From the NCBI RefSeq assembly GCF_028368995.1, contig NZ_JAQNDL010000003.1, positions 288,001 through 352,000 on the forward strand: a stretch of 64,000 nucleotides of DNA. The letters run 5' to 3'. This DNA comes from Nannocystis bainbridge. Lineage in GTDB: Bacteria > Myxococcota_A > Polyangia > Nannocystales > Nannocystaceae. The translations under genes were made by a program, and so were the position numbers. Shown in pieces: positions 43,459 through 54,030 of this stretch. Numbering within the stretch: position 1 is the stretch's first letter; each line of letters opens with the position of its first letter. The notes under the pieces are model-generated. The model made no database searches. It was not told the origin of the DNA and saw only the letters and a list, made by a program, of their open reading frames with translations.

Positions 43459-46200
43459 TCAGCCCTGGCCGGCGATCCACGCCGAGATCGCGGCGGCGAG
43501 GGCCGTCTCGCCGCCCGCGGACGCCTCGCCGAGGGCCTGGCGGGCCAGCGCCACCGTCTGCGCCCGGCTCTCCGGGCCGGTCTCGCCGGCGGCGGCGTCG
43601 GCGGCTGCGCGCGCCTTGGCGAGGGCGAAGCGGGCCAGCGCGACCTGGGCCGGCGCGCCGGCGCGGGTCGCCAGGCCGAGCGCGCGGGTGCACGCGCCCT
43701 GGGCCGCGGCGTGCTCGCCGAGGGCCGAGTCGACGGCGCACAGCCACGTCAGCGGCTCGACCAGGCGCGGATGGTCGGGGCCGAGGCTGTACTCCCAGGC
43801 CGCCAGCGCGCGCCGCAGATCGCCGGCCGCGTCGGCCCACCGCTGCTGGGCGGCCGCCGCCAGCCCGCGGCCGACCAGCGCCGGCGCCATGTCCGGGTGG
43901 TCCTGGCCGTAGATCTTGGCGTAGATGGCGAGCGCGTCGTCGTAGCGCTCGCGGGCCGCCGCCGCGTCGCTGCGGGCGCGCGCGAGGTCGCCGGCGACCA
44001 CGTGGACGCGGGCCCGGCCCGGGTGCTCCGGCGGCAGGCGGGCCGTCGCCAGCTCGTGGGCGCGGGCGACGTGGCTGGCGGCCTCGCGGTCGCGACCGCC
44101 GCGCTGACAGGCCGCCCCCAGGTCGAGCAAGATCGGCAGCAGCCGCGGATGATCGACGCCGAGCAGCTCCTCGCCGCGGCGCAGCGCCGCCGCCAGCTCG
44201 ACCCGCGCCGCCTCGGCGTCGCCCTCCTGCAGCAGCGCCCGGCCGTAGCGACCGCGCGCGCTGGCCTCGCGGCGGCCGTCGTCGCCGAGCCGCTGCAGCG
44301 CGGCCGACAGGCGCGGCCACAGGCGACGCGCCTCGCCGCGGCGGCCGAGGTCCTCGCACTCGACGCCGAGCTGCAGGGTCAGGGCGTCGGCCGCGACCTC
44401 GTCGTGGCGGCTCGCCTCCGCCGCCCACAGCGCGTCGGCCAGCCCGCGCGACGCCGCCTCGGCCCGCCCCAGCGCCCGCTCGATCGCCGCCCGCCCGTAC
44501 AGCGCCTCCGCCCGGGCCGGCAGCCACGTCTCCTCGTCGGCCGCCAGCGCGCGCGCGATGTCCCACGCCCGCGGCGCGTCGCCCAGCGCCAGCACCGCCC
44601 CCGCGTGGTCGAGCTCCGCCCGCAGCCGCTCGACCAGCGCGCGCGGCCCGTCCTCCTCCGGCTCCGGCACCGCCGCCGCCAGCCGCCGCGGATCGTCGCA
44701 GTCGCGCGGGGCCGGCAGGCCGTCGAGCGCCGTGCCGGCCCGATCGAGCGCCGGGCCCGAGGCCTCGGACAGCGCCCGCGCCAGCCCGGCGAAGGCGCTG
44801 CGCCGGCGCTCGAGGCAGGCCCGTCGCCGCGGCCCCGCCGCGTCCGCGGCCGCCGGATCTGCCTGCGCGTTGCGACATGTCTCCTGGTACATGTCCCGAA
44901 GTTCTTGCGCGTGGCGATCGATGGCCGCCAGGATCGGACCGGCGAACACCGCCCCGCCGGGTCGCTCGGCCAGGGCGCGGCCGAGCCCGGCCCTGCGCGC
45001 GTCGTCCCAGCCGAGGTCGGGCGCCTCGCACATGCCCGCCGGGACAGGTGACTCCGGGCGGGCCGCGACCACCTCGTGCACGGCGAACGCGGCCCCGGCG
45101 AACGCGACCGCCAGGCCGGCGCCGAGCCAGATCCGGCGGCTCAGCCGGTGCCCCCGCGGCCGCTCGCCGAGGTAGTCGAGCAGCTCGTCCATGCCCTTGA
45201 AGCGGTCGGCGGGGCGGACGCTGAGCCCGCGCAGGACGATGCGGTGCAGCCACGCCGGCACGTCCGTGTCCTTCGGCACCTCTTGCACGCGGCCGGCCAG
45301 CACCGCCTCGCGGACCACCGGCACGCGGTCGCCGACGAACGGGCGCTGGCCGTAGAGGCCCTCGTACAGCGCGACGCAGAAGCTGAACTGATCGGTGCGC
45401 GCGTCGGTGGCCTGGCCCTGATACTGCTCGGGGGCCATGTACGCCGGCGTGCCCGTCATGCCGCCCGTGCGGGTGATCCGCATGTCGAGCAGGCTCTTCT
45501 CGGCCATGCCCTTGATCGCCTCGGTATAGGTGTCGGGGCGGGCCAGCGGGCCGATGCCGCGGCCGGCGCGGGCGAGCCCGAAGTCGCCGACGCGCACGCG
45601 ACCCTCGGCGTCGATCATCACGTTGTCGGGCTTGAAGTCGCGGTGGATGACGCCGGCCTTGTGCGCCGCCGCCAGCCCGCGGCCGGCCTCCATGAACACC
45701 AGCAGCACTTCCTTCCACCCGCGTCGCCGCGGCCCGTGCGGGCCCTCGGCCGAGCGCAACCACTTCGTCAGCGTCACGCCCTTGACGAACTCCATGGCGA
45801 GGAAGATCTGGTCCTCGACCGAGCCGACGTCGAAGATCGCGATCACGTTCGGGTGCGACAGCTGGGCCATCGCCTGCGCCTCGCGCAGCAGCCGGTGGCG
45901 CGCCTTGTCGCGCTTGGTGCGGCTGATCGCGGCGGTCCGCAGCACCTTGAGCGCGACCTTGCGATCGAGGTCGCGGTCATAGGCGACATAGACGACGCCC
46001 ATGCCGCCGGAGCCGAGCCGCTTCAGCACGTTGAAGCGGCCGATCTGGCTCGGCACCGGCTCGAGCTCGGCCGCGCAGTCGTTGGCCGGCTCGCCGTCGA
46101 CCGGCGGCGTCAGCGGCGTGCCCATCTCGGGCGACGGGCTCACGTGCGACAGCACCGGCGTCAGCGGTGTGTCCAGTGTCCGATCGGCGGGAGAAGACAC
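43459..46200 (-). CDS. Membrane Ser/Thr protein kinase with TPR repeats
   Basis: GSGGMG, HRDFKPDN, DFG and GTPAYMAPE motifs, TM helix, LG.DHP TPR repeats. Start uncertain. Confidence 0.92.
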   Translation of the reverse strand: MSSPADRTLDTPLTPVLSHVSPSPEMGTPLTPPVDGEPANDCAAELEPVPSQIGRFNVLKRLGSGGMGVVYVAYDRDLDRKVALKVLRTAAISRTKRDKARHRLLREAQAMAQLSHPNVIAIFDVGSVEDQIFLAMEFVKGVTLTKWLRSAEGPHGPRRRGWKEVLLVFMEAGRGLAAAHKAGVIHRDFKPDNVMIDAEGRVRVGDFGLARAGRGIGPLARPDTYTEAIKGMAEKSLLDMRITRTGGMTGTPAYMAPEQYQGQATDARTDQFSFCVALYEGLYGQRPFVGDRVPVVREAVLAGRVQEVPKDTDVPAWLHRIVLRGLSVRPADRFKGMDELLDYLGERPRGHRLSRRIWLGAGLAVAFAGAAFAVHEVVAARPESPVPAGMCEAPDLGWDDARRAGLGRALAERPGGAVFAGPILAAIDRHAQELRDMYQETCRNAQADPAAADAAGPRRRACLERRRSAFAGLARALSEASGPALDRAGTALDGLPAPRDCDDPRRLAAAVPEPEEDGPRALVERLRAELDHAGAVLALGDAPRAWDIARALAADEETWLPARAEALYGRAAIERALGRAEAASRGLADALWAAEASRHDEVAADALTLQLGVECEDLGRRGEARRLWPRLSAALQRLGDDGRREASARGRYGRALLQEGDAEAARVELAAALRRGEELLGVDHPRLLPILLDLGAACQRGGRDREAASHVARAHELATARLPPEHPGRARVHVVAGDLARARSDAAAARERYDDALAIYAKIYGQDHPDMAPALVGRGLAAAAQQRWADAAGDLRRALAAWEYSLGPDHPRLVEPLTWLCAVDSALGEHAAAQGACTRALGLATRAGAPAQVALARFALAKARAAADAAAGETGPESRAQTVALARQALGEASAGGETALAAAISAWIAGQG

Positions 46201-46264
46201 GAGTCTGGGGGCATCGTACCACGGCCCTTGCGGCCGCCTCATCGGTCCAGATAGCCTGGCGGCG

Positions 46265-46831
46265 ATGCCCCGTCGCGCTCGCGTCTTCGCGCTCGCCGCT
46301 CACCTCACCGCCGGGATCGCGGCCTGCGCGGGTAGCCGCGGCGGTCCGGTCCCGCCCAGCCGCGCCGAGGCGCCGGCGCCGTTCGCGGTGGCCCCGGATT
46401 TTCGCCTCCCCGACAGCACCGGGACCCCCCGCGGGCTGGCGGATCTCGCCGGCCCCAACGGCCTGGTCCTGGTCACCTATCGCGGCCACTGGTGACCCTT
46501 CTGTCGCGTGCAGCTCGGGAAGCTGCAGGAGATTTTGCCGGAGCTGCAGGCGCTCGGGGTCGGGATCGCGGCGGTGTCCGCCGACGACCTCGAGGGGGCG
46601 AAGATCATGATCGAGCGGACGCACGTGACGTTCCCGATCCTCAGCGACCCCACGGGCGTGATGCTGAAGTCGTGGTCGCGCTGGGACTTCGGCAACGGCG
46701 TCGGCCTCGCCGGCACCTTCATCCTCGGCCGCGACTTCGCGCCGGTGTTCTTCGAGGACGACGGCGAGCGGTTCTACAAGCGGCCGCGGATCGATCGCGT
46801 GCTCGACGTGGCGCGCACGCTGGCGCCCTGA
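46265..46831 (+). CDS. AhpC/TSA (redoxin) family lipoprotein, probable selenoprotein with in-frame UGA
   Basis: APDFRLPDSTG..LVTYRGHW-TGA(46493)-PFCRVQL continues in the same frame to IAAVSADD..FPILSDP..GTFIL; hairpin downstream of the UGA. Confidence 0.8.
46509..46527 (+). promoter_or_regulatory. Bacterial SECIS-like hairpin
   Basis: Stem TGCAGCT/AGCTGCA with loop CGGGA; the loop starts 20 nt after the UGA. Confidence 0.65.
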
Positions 46832-46951
46832 CGTCAATCGCCGCGGACTGCTGACATTCGCGAATAGGGGCTCGCCAGCGACGGGTGCTTCGGACTGCAG
46901 GTCCGATCGCAGTCGCTGCCCGGGCTCGCCGACCCCGTGCATCCTCTTCGA

Positions 46952-48277
46952 ATGAGCAATACCTTGATCAGAATTGCGGGGGCGCTCGCGCTGACCGCCG
47001 CGTGCGGCCCCAAGAGCGGCAACGAGAGCGACAGCACCAGCGAGACCGGCGGCGAGTCGATCACCGAGAGCACCACCGGAAGCGGGACCGCCGACCCGCC
47101 GGAGTCGACCGGCACGCCCGAGCCCACCACCGGCGAGCCCACCACCGGCGAACCGGCCGAATGTCCCGAAGGACAGGATCCCCTCGCGCCGCTGTGGAGC
47201 GCCGAGTTCGCGCCCGAGCCGTCGTCGTTCGGGTTCTACAGCGGCATGGTGCCGATGGGGCGCATGGCGGACGGGCGGATCGTCGTGGCCATGAACTTTC
47301 AGCCGTCCCAGGACCAGAGCGGACTGGCGCTGCTGGTGACCGCGCCGGACGGCGCGCTGCTCGGCCCGCAGACGGCCGCGCTGGGCACCTCGGCGGTCGA
47401 AGTCCACGCCCTGCACGTCGACGCGGACGATCAGCCGCTGGTGCTCGCCGAGCACTTCGACGGGGACGGTTCGGTCCACATGTTGACGCGCTTCGACACC
47501 GACATGGCGCCGCTGTCGCAGGCCCTGCTGCCCTTCCCGTCGCCGCACCCGCTGTTCCGGCCGGTGATGGGCGTGGGCGGCGACGTGCTGGCGATCGCGG
47601 GCCTCGACGAACAGCAGGGCACGCAGCAGATCACCAGGCTCGCGCCCGACACCGGGGCGCCGCTGTGGAAGCACGAGCTCGCCGGGCCCGCCGACCTGTT
47701 CCCGCGCCAGATCGCCGTCGGCCCGCAGGGCGACGTCGCGGTCGCGGCCCACGCCGACTTCAACGCCGACGAGGAGGACACGCTGCGGCTGTGGCGCTTC
47801 GACGCCGACGGCACGCTGCTGTGGGACCGCGTGCTCACCGTCCCGGTCTACGAGGACATCACCGCCCTGCACTTCGCCCCGGACGACCAGCTCGTCGTGC
47901 TGCGCGGCACCGTCGAGTTCTCGACGCGCGTCGAGCTGCTGTCCGTCGAAGTCGCCACCGGCGAGACCCGCTGGGAGCTGACCGTCGCCGAGCCCGAGGG
48001 CGACATGACGGCGTGGGCGCAGGACATGTTGGTCGACAGCGACCGCTTCACGATCCCCGTGTCGCGCAGCAAGTCGCATCACGACATCGCCACCAGCACG
48101 CACTCGCTCGAGCTGCGGACCGTGTCGCTCGCCGGCGAACTGCTGGAAGTCACCCCGCTGCCCGGGGTGCTGATGCCGGATGCGACCTCGTGGGTGCGCA
48201 GCCTCCGGGGCCGCTGCGGCGAGCTGATCGTGCTCGAGAGCTCCTCGAACCTGCGGCTGTTCGCGTTCGCGCCGTGA
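46952..48277 (+). CDS. Lipoprotein with beta-propeller-like domain
   Basis: Lipobox TAAC, Thr/Glu-rich linker, repeated DTGAPLW / DGTLLW / TGETRW motifs. Confidence 0.72.
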   Translation: MSNTLIRIAGALALTAACGPKSGNESDSTSETGGESITESTTGSGTADPPESTGTPEPTTGEPTTGEPAECPEGQDPLAPLWSAEFAPEPSSFGFYSGMVPMGRMADGRIVVAMNFQPSQDQSGLALLVTAPDGALLGPQTAALGTSAVEVHALHVDADDQPLVLAEHFDGDGSVHMLTRFDTDMAPLSQALLPFPSPHPLFRPVMGVGGDVLAIAGLDEQQGTQQITRLAPDTGAPLWKHELAGPADLFPRQIAVGPQGDVAVAAHADFNADEEDTLRLWRFDADGTLLWDRVLTVPVYEDITALHFAPDDQLVVLRGTVEFSTRVELLSVEVATGETRWELTVAEPEGDMTAWAQDMLVDSDRFTIPVSRSKSHHDIATSTHSLELRTVSLAGELLEVTPLPGVLMPDATSWVRSLRGRCGELIVLESSSNLRLFAFAP

Positions 48278-48319
48278 GCCGCGGCCACGCGCGACGTCCC
48301 GGCGAATGGTGGCAGTCCG

Positions 48320-49915
48320 TCACCCGGGCAGCAGCGGCAGGCGCACCGTGAAGGTCGTGCCCTCGCCGGGCTCGCTCTCGACCCGGATGTCGCCGCCGAG
48401 CAGGTGACACAGCTCGCGGCAGATCGCCAGGCCGAGGCCGGTGCCGCCGAACTTGCGGGCGATCGAGCCGTCGGCCTGCTGGAAGGCGCTGAACAGGCTG
48501 CCGATCTTGTGCGCCGGGATCCCCGGCCCGGTGTCGGACACCACCGCGACCAGGAACTCGACGTCGTCCTCGCGCTCGAACGCGACCCGCAGCTCGATCC
48601 ACCCGCGGCGCGTGAACTTGACCGCGTTGCCGAGCAGGTTGAGCAGGATCTGCTTCAACTTGGTGCGGTCGACCTCGATCGTCCGCTGCTCCTCGCTGCA
48701 GACGATCTGGATGTGGTTGCCGTTCTTGACCGCCGCCGGCAGCACGGTGCTCTGCAGGTCGTCGAGCAGCGGGCCGAGCACGCAGCGCTCGCGCACGACC
48801 TCCATCTTCGACGCCTCGATCTTCGAAAGGTCGAGGATGTTGTTGATGAGCTCGAGCAGGTGGGTCGCGGCGCCGTGGATGCGCCCGAGGTCGCGGTGCA
48901 GCTCGGTCTCGGCCTCGCGCTCCTCGGCCAGCAGCTCGGTGTAGCCGATGATCGCGTTGAGCGGGGTCCGCAGCTCGTGGCTCATGTTGGCGAGGAAGAT
49001 GCTCTTGGTCTGGCTGGCCGCGAGCGCCAGCGTCTCGGCCCTTCGCCGCTCCTGCACCTCGAGCGTGAGCTGCTCGGTGCGCTCCGCCACGCGCACCTCG
49101 AGCTCGTCGCGGGTGCGCCGCAGGTCCTCTTCGATGCGCCGGCGCGCGGTGATGTCGGTGATCGCGACCAGCGAGCCGCGGTGCTCGCCCTGCGGCCCGA
49201 ACAGCGGCTTGGCCGAGACGATGGCCCAGAAGTCGGCCCCGTCCTCGCGGCGGAACCGGAAATCGAACTGGTCCTCGGTGCCCTGGCGCCGCCGCTTGAG
49301 GTTGGAGCGCGCCGCGGCGGCGCTGTCCTCGTCCATGTAATCGAAGATCCGGCGCCCGATCATGGCCTCGGGGGTGGTCGCCAGCATGGCCGCGAGCCGC
49401 GCGTTGACGAAATCGATCGCGCCGTCAGGGTCGTTGACGAGGATGCCGTCGTTGATGGTCTGCAGCAGGGTGTGGAAGTACGAGTCGTCGCGCTTGAGCT
49501 CGACCGTCGAGGCGCTGCGCACGGCGCGGACCAGGCAGAGGAAGCCGACCGGGCGGGCCTGGGCGTCGAGCCACGGGACGATCGTGTGCTCGGTCCAGCG
49601 GACCGGCGCCTGCGGCGGCTGCCAGCGGAACATCGAGGTGCACGGCGAAGCGCCGGCGATCACATCGTCGTAGCGCTCGCGGTCGTCGCCGTGGACCAGC
49701 CCGCGCAGCCCCTCGGGGTCGGCGAACAGCTCCGCCGGCTCGCGCCCCGCCAGCTCGCGCACGGCCCCCGCCAGCTCCTCGATCTGCGGCCGCGGCGCGA
49801 GTCGCACCCGTGCCAGCAGCAGCTCGGCGGCGTCCCACAGCGCAGACGCGTCAGGACCCCCGAAGTCGACGTGCGTGCGCCCGAACTGCCCCGGTAGTCC
49901 CGACCCGGCGGTCAT
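48320..49915 (-). CDS. PAS-domain sensor histidine kinase
   Basis: PAS domains; [16 protein letters not shown] (H box), [16 protein letters not shown] and GTGLGL. Confidence 0.93.
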   Translation of the reverse strand: MTAGSGLPGQFGRTHVDFGGPDASALWDAAELLLARVRLAPRPQIEELAGAVRELAGREPAELFADPEGLRGLVHGDDRERYDDVIAGASPCTSMFRWQPPQAPVRWTEHTIVPWLDAQARPVGFLCLVRAVRSASTVELKRDDSYFHTLLQTINDGILVNDPDGAIDFVNARLAAMLATTPEAMIGRRIFDYMDEDSAAAARSNLKRRRQGTEDQFDFRFRREDGADFWAIVSAKPLFGPQGEHRGSLVAITDITARRRIEEDLRRTRDELEVRVAERTEQLTLEVQERRRAETLALAASQTKSIFLANMSHELRTPLNAIIGYTELLAEEREAETELHRDLGRIHGAATHLLELINNILDLSKIEASKMEVVRERCVLGPLLDDLQSTVLPAAVKNGNHIQIVCSEEQRTIEVDRTKLKQILLNLLGNAVKFTRRGWIELRVAFEREDDVEFLVAVVSDTGPGIPAHKIGSLFSAFQQADGSIARKFGGTGLGLAICRELCHLLGGDIRVESEPGEGTTFTVRLPLLPG

Positions 49916-50044
49916 CCGCTGTGATGATAACACCCGACGCGGCGACCGGGACGCGAAGGTCACTGCGTCGCGCGCACCCCGCCATGCCGCTGCAATCGCG
50001 CACGGCTTGCGGTCGAGCGTGCGCCGCGGCGCTGCGCCGCCGGC

Positions 50045-51037
50045 TCAGGGCAGCGCGAGGCCCCGGTCCGGCACCGCCAACCACGACAGCGCCGGCTGCG
50101 GTGGACCCGGATGCACGCCGAGGTAGCGATTGATGGCGAAACTGGTGACGTAGAGCTTCTTCATCGTCAACAATGTCGGCCCGAAGACCAGGCTCGACGG
50201 CGCGTCGAGCAGGCCACCCTCGGCCAGGACGGTGACGTCGCCGTCATCATCGATGCGCACCAGCCGGTCCTGACCGTTGACCGCGACGTAGAGGTCACCG
50301 TCGGCGTCGAACGCGATGCCGTCGGCGCCGGCCAGCGCCTCGTAGTCGTCGACCCAGACCTCGGGCTCGCCGGGCTCGCCGTGACAGTCGACCGGGATGC
50401 GGACGATCGTCCCGAAATCGAGGTTGCCGACGTAGAGGTTGCGCTTCCACCGGTCGAACGCGATGCCGTCGACGCCGAAGCTGTGGAACGGCAAGAACGG
50501 GCTCACCGGGTCGCCCTCGAGCGACGGATCGGCGAGCCACACCTCGGCCTCCCCGTCGTCGTCGATCTTCCAGATCAGGCCGAGGAACGGGTCGGTGACG
50601 TAGAGATCGCCGCGCTCGTCGAAGGCGAGGTCGTTGGGGAAGCCGGACGGATCGAGCGCGGCATACTGGGTGGTGTGGCCGGTGACGGGGTGGATCCGCC
50701 ACACGAACGCGGCCGCAGGCGCGGGGGCGAACGAGCCGCTGCCGGCGTACAGCCAGCCGTCGGCGCCGAACTTGAGCCCGAGCATGAAGGTGCCGGCCGG
50801 CACCGGCGGCGTCGCGAGCGTCGTGAACTGGCCGCCCGGCTTCAGCTTCTTCACCACCGGCCCCATCGACATGTAGAGGTTGCCCGCCCAGTCGGCGGTG
50901 ATCGACTCGGGCAGCTCGCCCTGCGCCGGGTCGAACGCCCGCACCAGCTTCGGCGCGGCCGCCTCCGCCTGACCCGCGCCGCACAGCACCGCCGCACCCA
51001 TCACGATCGCCATCGTGGTTTTCATCGTCATCGTCAT
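50045..51037 (-). CDS. Secreted SMP-30/gluconolactonase-like beta-propeller protein
   Basis: Signal peptide; PESI, PNDLAFDERGDLYVTD, DGIAFD and ADGIAFDADGDLYVA. Confidence 0.85.
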   Translation of the reverse strand: MTMTMKTTMAIVMGAAVLCGAGQAEAAAPKLVRAFDPAQGELPESITADWAGNLYMSMGPVVKKLKPGGQFTTLATPPVPAGTFMLGLKFGADGWLYAGSGSFAPAPAAAFVWRIHPVTGHTTQYAALDPSGFPNDLAFDERGDLYVTDPFLGLIWKIDDDGEAEVWLADPSLEGDPVSPFLPFHSFGVDGIAFDRWKRNLYVGNLDFGTIVRIPVDCHGEPGEPEVWVDDYEALAGADGIAFDADGDLYVAVNGQDRLVRIDDDGDVTVLAEGGLLDAPSSLVFGPTLLTMKKLYVTSFAINRYLGVHPGPPQPALSWLAVPDRGLALP

Positions 51038-51616
51038 CACCGATCCCCCCACCGCAGACGCTACGGGCCGGGCGCACGCCGCGTCAACGCTCAATCATAA
51101 GACCATGGGAAATTCCATGCATCGGTCGATGCAATGACGTGTAGGCGCCGCCGTCACGTCGCCGCATCAGCACGAGGATGACGCGGCCCGCCGGCGACAC
51201 CGGCGAGCGGCCCATGGTGCCGCGCCGCCCCAACCCGCGGACGGTGACTGCAATCGGCCTTGCACGGCCGCGCTCCCTCTACACAATGCACATTCGGCGA
51301 ATCACGCGTCGTGCTTCGCCCGCGCGCGCACCTCTTTCGCCGACACGAAATCGCGGCGAGCCTCGCGGCGAAGCGCCGCCCTCGCGGCGCGCCGCTCGTC
51401 GCGGCCGCGCACCGGTTCCCGGCGCCGAATCAAGATGTCTCTTCGGACATGTCCCTTCGTCACCCACGGCTCGCCGCCCGGCCGCTCGCGCGGCTGCCCG
51501 AAGGGCCGAGCTCGGTGCCGGCCCGAGCCGCGGGCGCGCGGCCTGGCGGGCTCTCGGCGGCGAGCGGCTGCAGGGTCGTGGACGCGGGCGGCGGCGCGCT
51601 CTAGACTGCCGCGGCT

Positions 51617-52174
51617 ATGGCACGAAGCAAGACCAGCAATTGGGTGAGCCTCGCCCTCGCGGCGACCGTGGGCATCGGCGCGTACGAGCTCGGGCTGTTC
51701 GACTGCGACAGCACCGACGGGGTCGAGCACCTCGCCAATCAGGTGTGGATCGAGCGGCTCCCGCAGAACGACCGCGACCAGATCCACCACCTCGTGCTGC
51801 TCGAGCAAGGCCGCGACCGCTTCGGCGGGTTCGGCAAGAGCTCGCAGTGGCGGCACTTCCTCGAGATCTTCGCGTGGCACCGCGAGCAGGGCCGCCTGAC
51901 CCTCCACCTGCCGCAAGACCGCGTGCGCCTCGACCTCGAGGCCCGTGTGTGGGACTGCGAGGACGAGGCCCCGGCCCCGTTCGAGCTGTGCCTCGAGCTC
52001 AAGGGCCAGAAGCACACGTCGCGCTACTACAGCCGCTACGACTGGGTCATCGAGGGCGACAAGGCGCCCCACATCGAGGGCCTGCCCGAGCTGGTCCCCC
52101 ACGCGGCCCCGACGCTGCCCGAAGGCTTCGAGTTCACGCCCGACGCCGACGCCCAGGCGCTGCTGGCCCACTGA
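51617..52174 (+). CDS. Hypothetical membrane-anchored/exported protein
   Basis: Typical GC3-rich codon usage and an N-terminal hydrophobic segment; no family recognised. Confidence 0.65.
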   Translation: MARSKTSNWVSLALAATVGIGAYELGLFDCDSTDGVEHLANQVWIERLPQNDRDQIHHLVLLEQGRDRFGGFGKSSQWRHFLEIFAWHREQGRLTLHLPQDRVRLDLEARVWDCEDEAPAPFELCLELKGQKHTSRYYSRYDWVIEGDKAPHIEGLPELVPHAAPTLPEGFEFTPDADAQALLAH

Positions 52175-52452
52175 GCCGCGGTCGCCCGCGAGCGCGCCCG
52201 GCGAGCCGCGAGACGGCTCGCCGCGGCGCCTGAGTCCCGTCGCCGACGCGCCCCCGCGCGACGGCTCGCCGTCGAACCTCCGCACGCTGGCTCGCGCTAT
52301 GAGCGTGCCGCGTCGACCCGCGATACGGCTCGCGCGGGGCTGCCGATGCGCCCGGCGGGTTCCCCCGGCCCGCCTCGTCGAGCGGGCGGAGCAATCGCCG
52401 AGCGCCGCCGTGTGAGCCGCTCCACCGAGCCGACCTCCCGCCGGTCTCGAAA

Positions 52453-52518
52453 GAACATGTCTTGAAGGACCGAAACTTTCGGACATTTCCATATAGACAT
52501 GCCCTTTGGGACATATGC
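52453..52518. repeat. 14-bp-period palindrome array (5 units)
   Basis: Cores at 52456, 52470, 52484, 52498 and 52512. Confidence 0.8.
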
Positions 52519-53523
52519 CGACGGCCCGTCGCCCAGGCCGCGTCGGCCCCACCGCGGGGACCCCGAAGCGAGGCGATCCCTCGGGCGGGACGGTCCGCGT
52601 CGAACGGACGAGCTCGAGGACGGGCGGCCGCTGCGCGGGAGCGGCCGCCCGTCGCCACCGAGGCCGGCCCCCGAGCGCGCGTCGACCTTGCTCCGGCGTA
52701 ACGCTCGTCTCTTCCCCTCAAAAAATGAAGCGAGCCGACGCGCGAGGCTGGCGCCGGCTGCCCGATCGCGGCGGAGAGGCGACCCGGCCGGCGCCGCGTA
52801 CGACGCTGATTTCGCCTCGCCCCGCCGTCGAAGCAACCGGCGCCCGCGACGCGCCCGGGCTCGACCGGGACCGATCTTCGCAGCGCTGGCGCCGGGCGCG
52901 GACTCGAGGCTGCCTCGCGCCGAGTTGCCGTGACTCGGCGTGCCCGTCCGCCGACGGCCCGCGATCTCCTGACGAAAAGGACACGTCGGATCGCGGCTCG
53001 CGTGCGACAGGGCCTGCGAGCGCTTCGCCTGCCACGCGACGGCCGACTCGAACAGCCGCCGATCCTGCGGACGTTCGCCCTCGGGCGTGCCGCCGCGACA
53101 GGCCCACAGCCCACGATCGCAGCGACCCGTGCCGGGCCGGGCGCGCCCTCGCGCGAGCGACCGGAGCCCGCGCGGGCCTGCGAGTCCTTGCGAGCGTCGC
53201 GAGCTGTCGTGCCGCCACGCTGACGAACGTGAAGGGAAGCTCTCGGGGCGAAGGCGATGCGCGGCGGCCCGCACGCACGAGCGCCCTCGTGCCTCGCGGC
53301 CTCGAACTGCGCCTCGGGGGCCGCTGTCCGACCGCTTCTTCTCCGGAGAGGGCCCGGCGCCTCGCTCGGCGGGCCGACGTCGCAACTCGGGCCGCCCGCA
53401 TACCACGCCGCCCGCGGCCACGTCTCGCGCGGCAGACCCCAGCGAGCGCCTCCGCCGCGAACTCGAGCGCGATGCCTGGCTCACGGTCCCCCCCCCCTTG
53501 CAAGGCCCCGCGTCGCTCGGCTA

Positions 53524-53919
53524 ATGGGACCCCAGGTGACCCGGAGCGAGACCGAGGGGATCTGCGTCGAGGTGAAGACGCGCTACGTCGGCGGGCGTGC
53601 CTTGCCCGAGGGCGCACGCTTCGTCTTCGCTTACACAATCCGGATCTCCAACACCGGCGATGCGCCCGCCCAGCTGTGCCGCCGTCACTGGTTCATCACC
53701 GACGCGCACGGCGACGTGCGCGAGGTCGAGGGCGAGGGCGTGGTCGGCTCGCAGCCGCTGCTGCACCCCGGCGAGTCGTTCGAGTACACCAGCGGCTGCG
53801 TGCTCGAGACGCCCCACGGCGCCATGCACGGCAGCTACACCATGTTCCGCCCCAGCGGCGCCTGCTTCGAGGCGCTGGTCGACGCGTTCGTCCTGGCCGA
53901 CCCGCAGGCCATTGTCTGA
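53524..53919 (+). CDS. apaG: ApaG (DUF525) protein
   Basis: FVFAYTIRISN..QLCRRHWFITD..EVEGEGVVGSQP..FEYTSG..GAMHGSY. Confidence 0.95.
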   Translation: MGPQVTRSETEGICVEVKTRYVGGRALPEGARFVFAYTIRISNTGDAPAQLCRRHWFITDAHGDVREVEGEGVVGSQPLLHPGESFEYTSGCVLETPHGAMHGSYTMFRPSGACFEALVDAFVLADPQAIV

Positions 53920-53956
53920 AGGGACATGTCCTCGGGGCCATGGCCCGAGAGACAGC
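53910..53956. repeat. 14-bp-period palindrome array (4 units) overlapping the apaG stop
   Basis: Cores at 53911, 53925, 53939 and 53953. Confidence 0.75.
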
Positions 53957-54030
53957 AGCTTGAGCCTGTCGCCGAGCTCGCGTCCCTGACGACGCGGACG
54001 CCTGCGGCCGGGACGTGATAGCGTCGCCGC

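Noticed and set aside
46493-46495. Pseudogene call for the AhpC/TSA gene
   Set aside because: The TGA falls exactly on the catalytic Cys position, the frame continues intact, and a SECIS-like hairpin follows; Sec readthrough is more parsimonious, though unproven.
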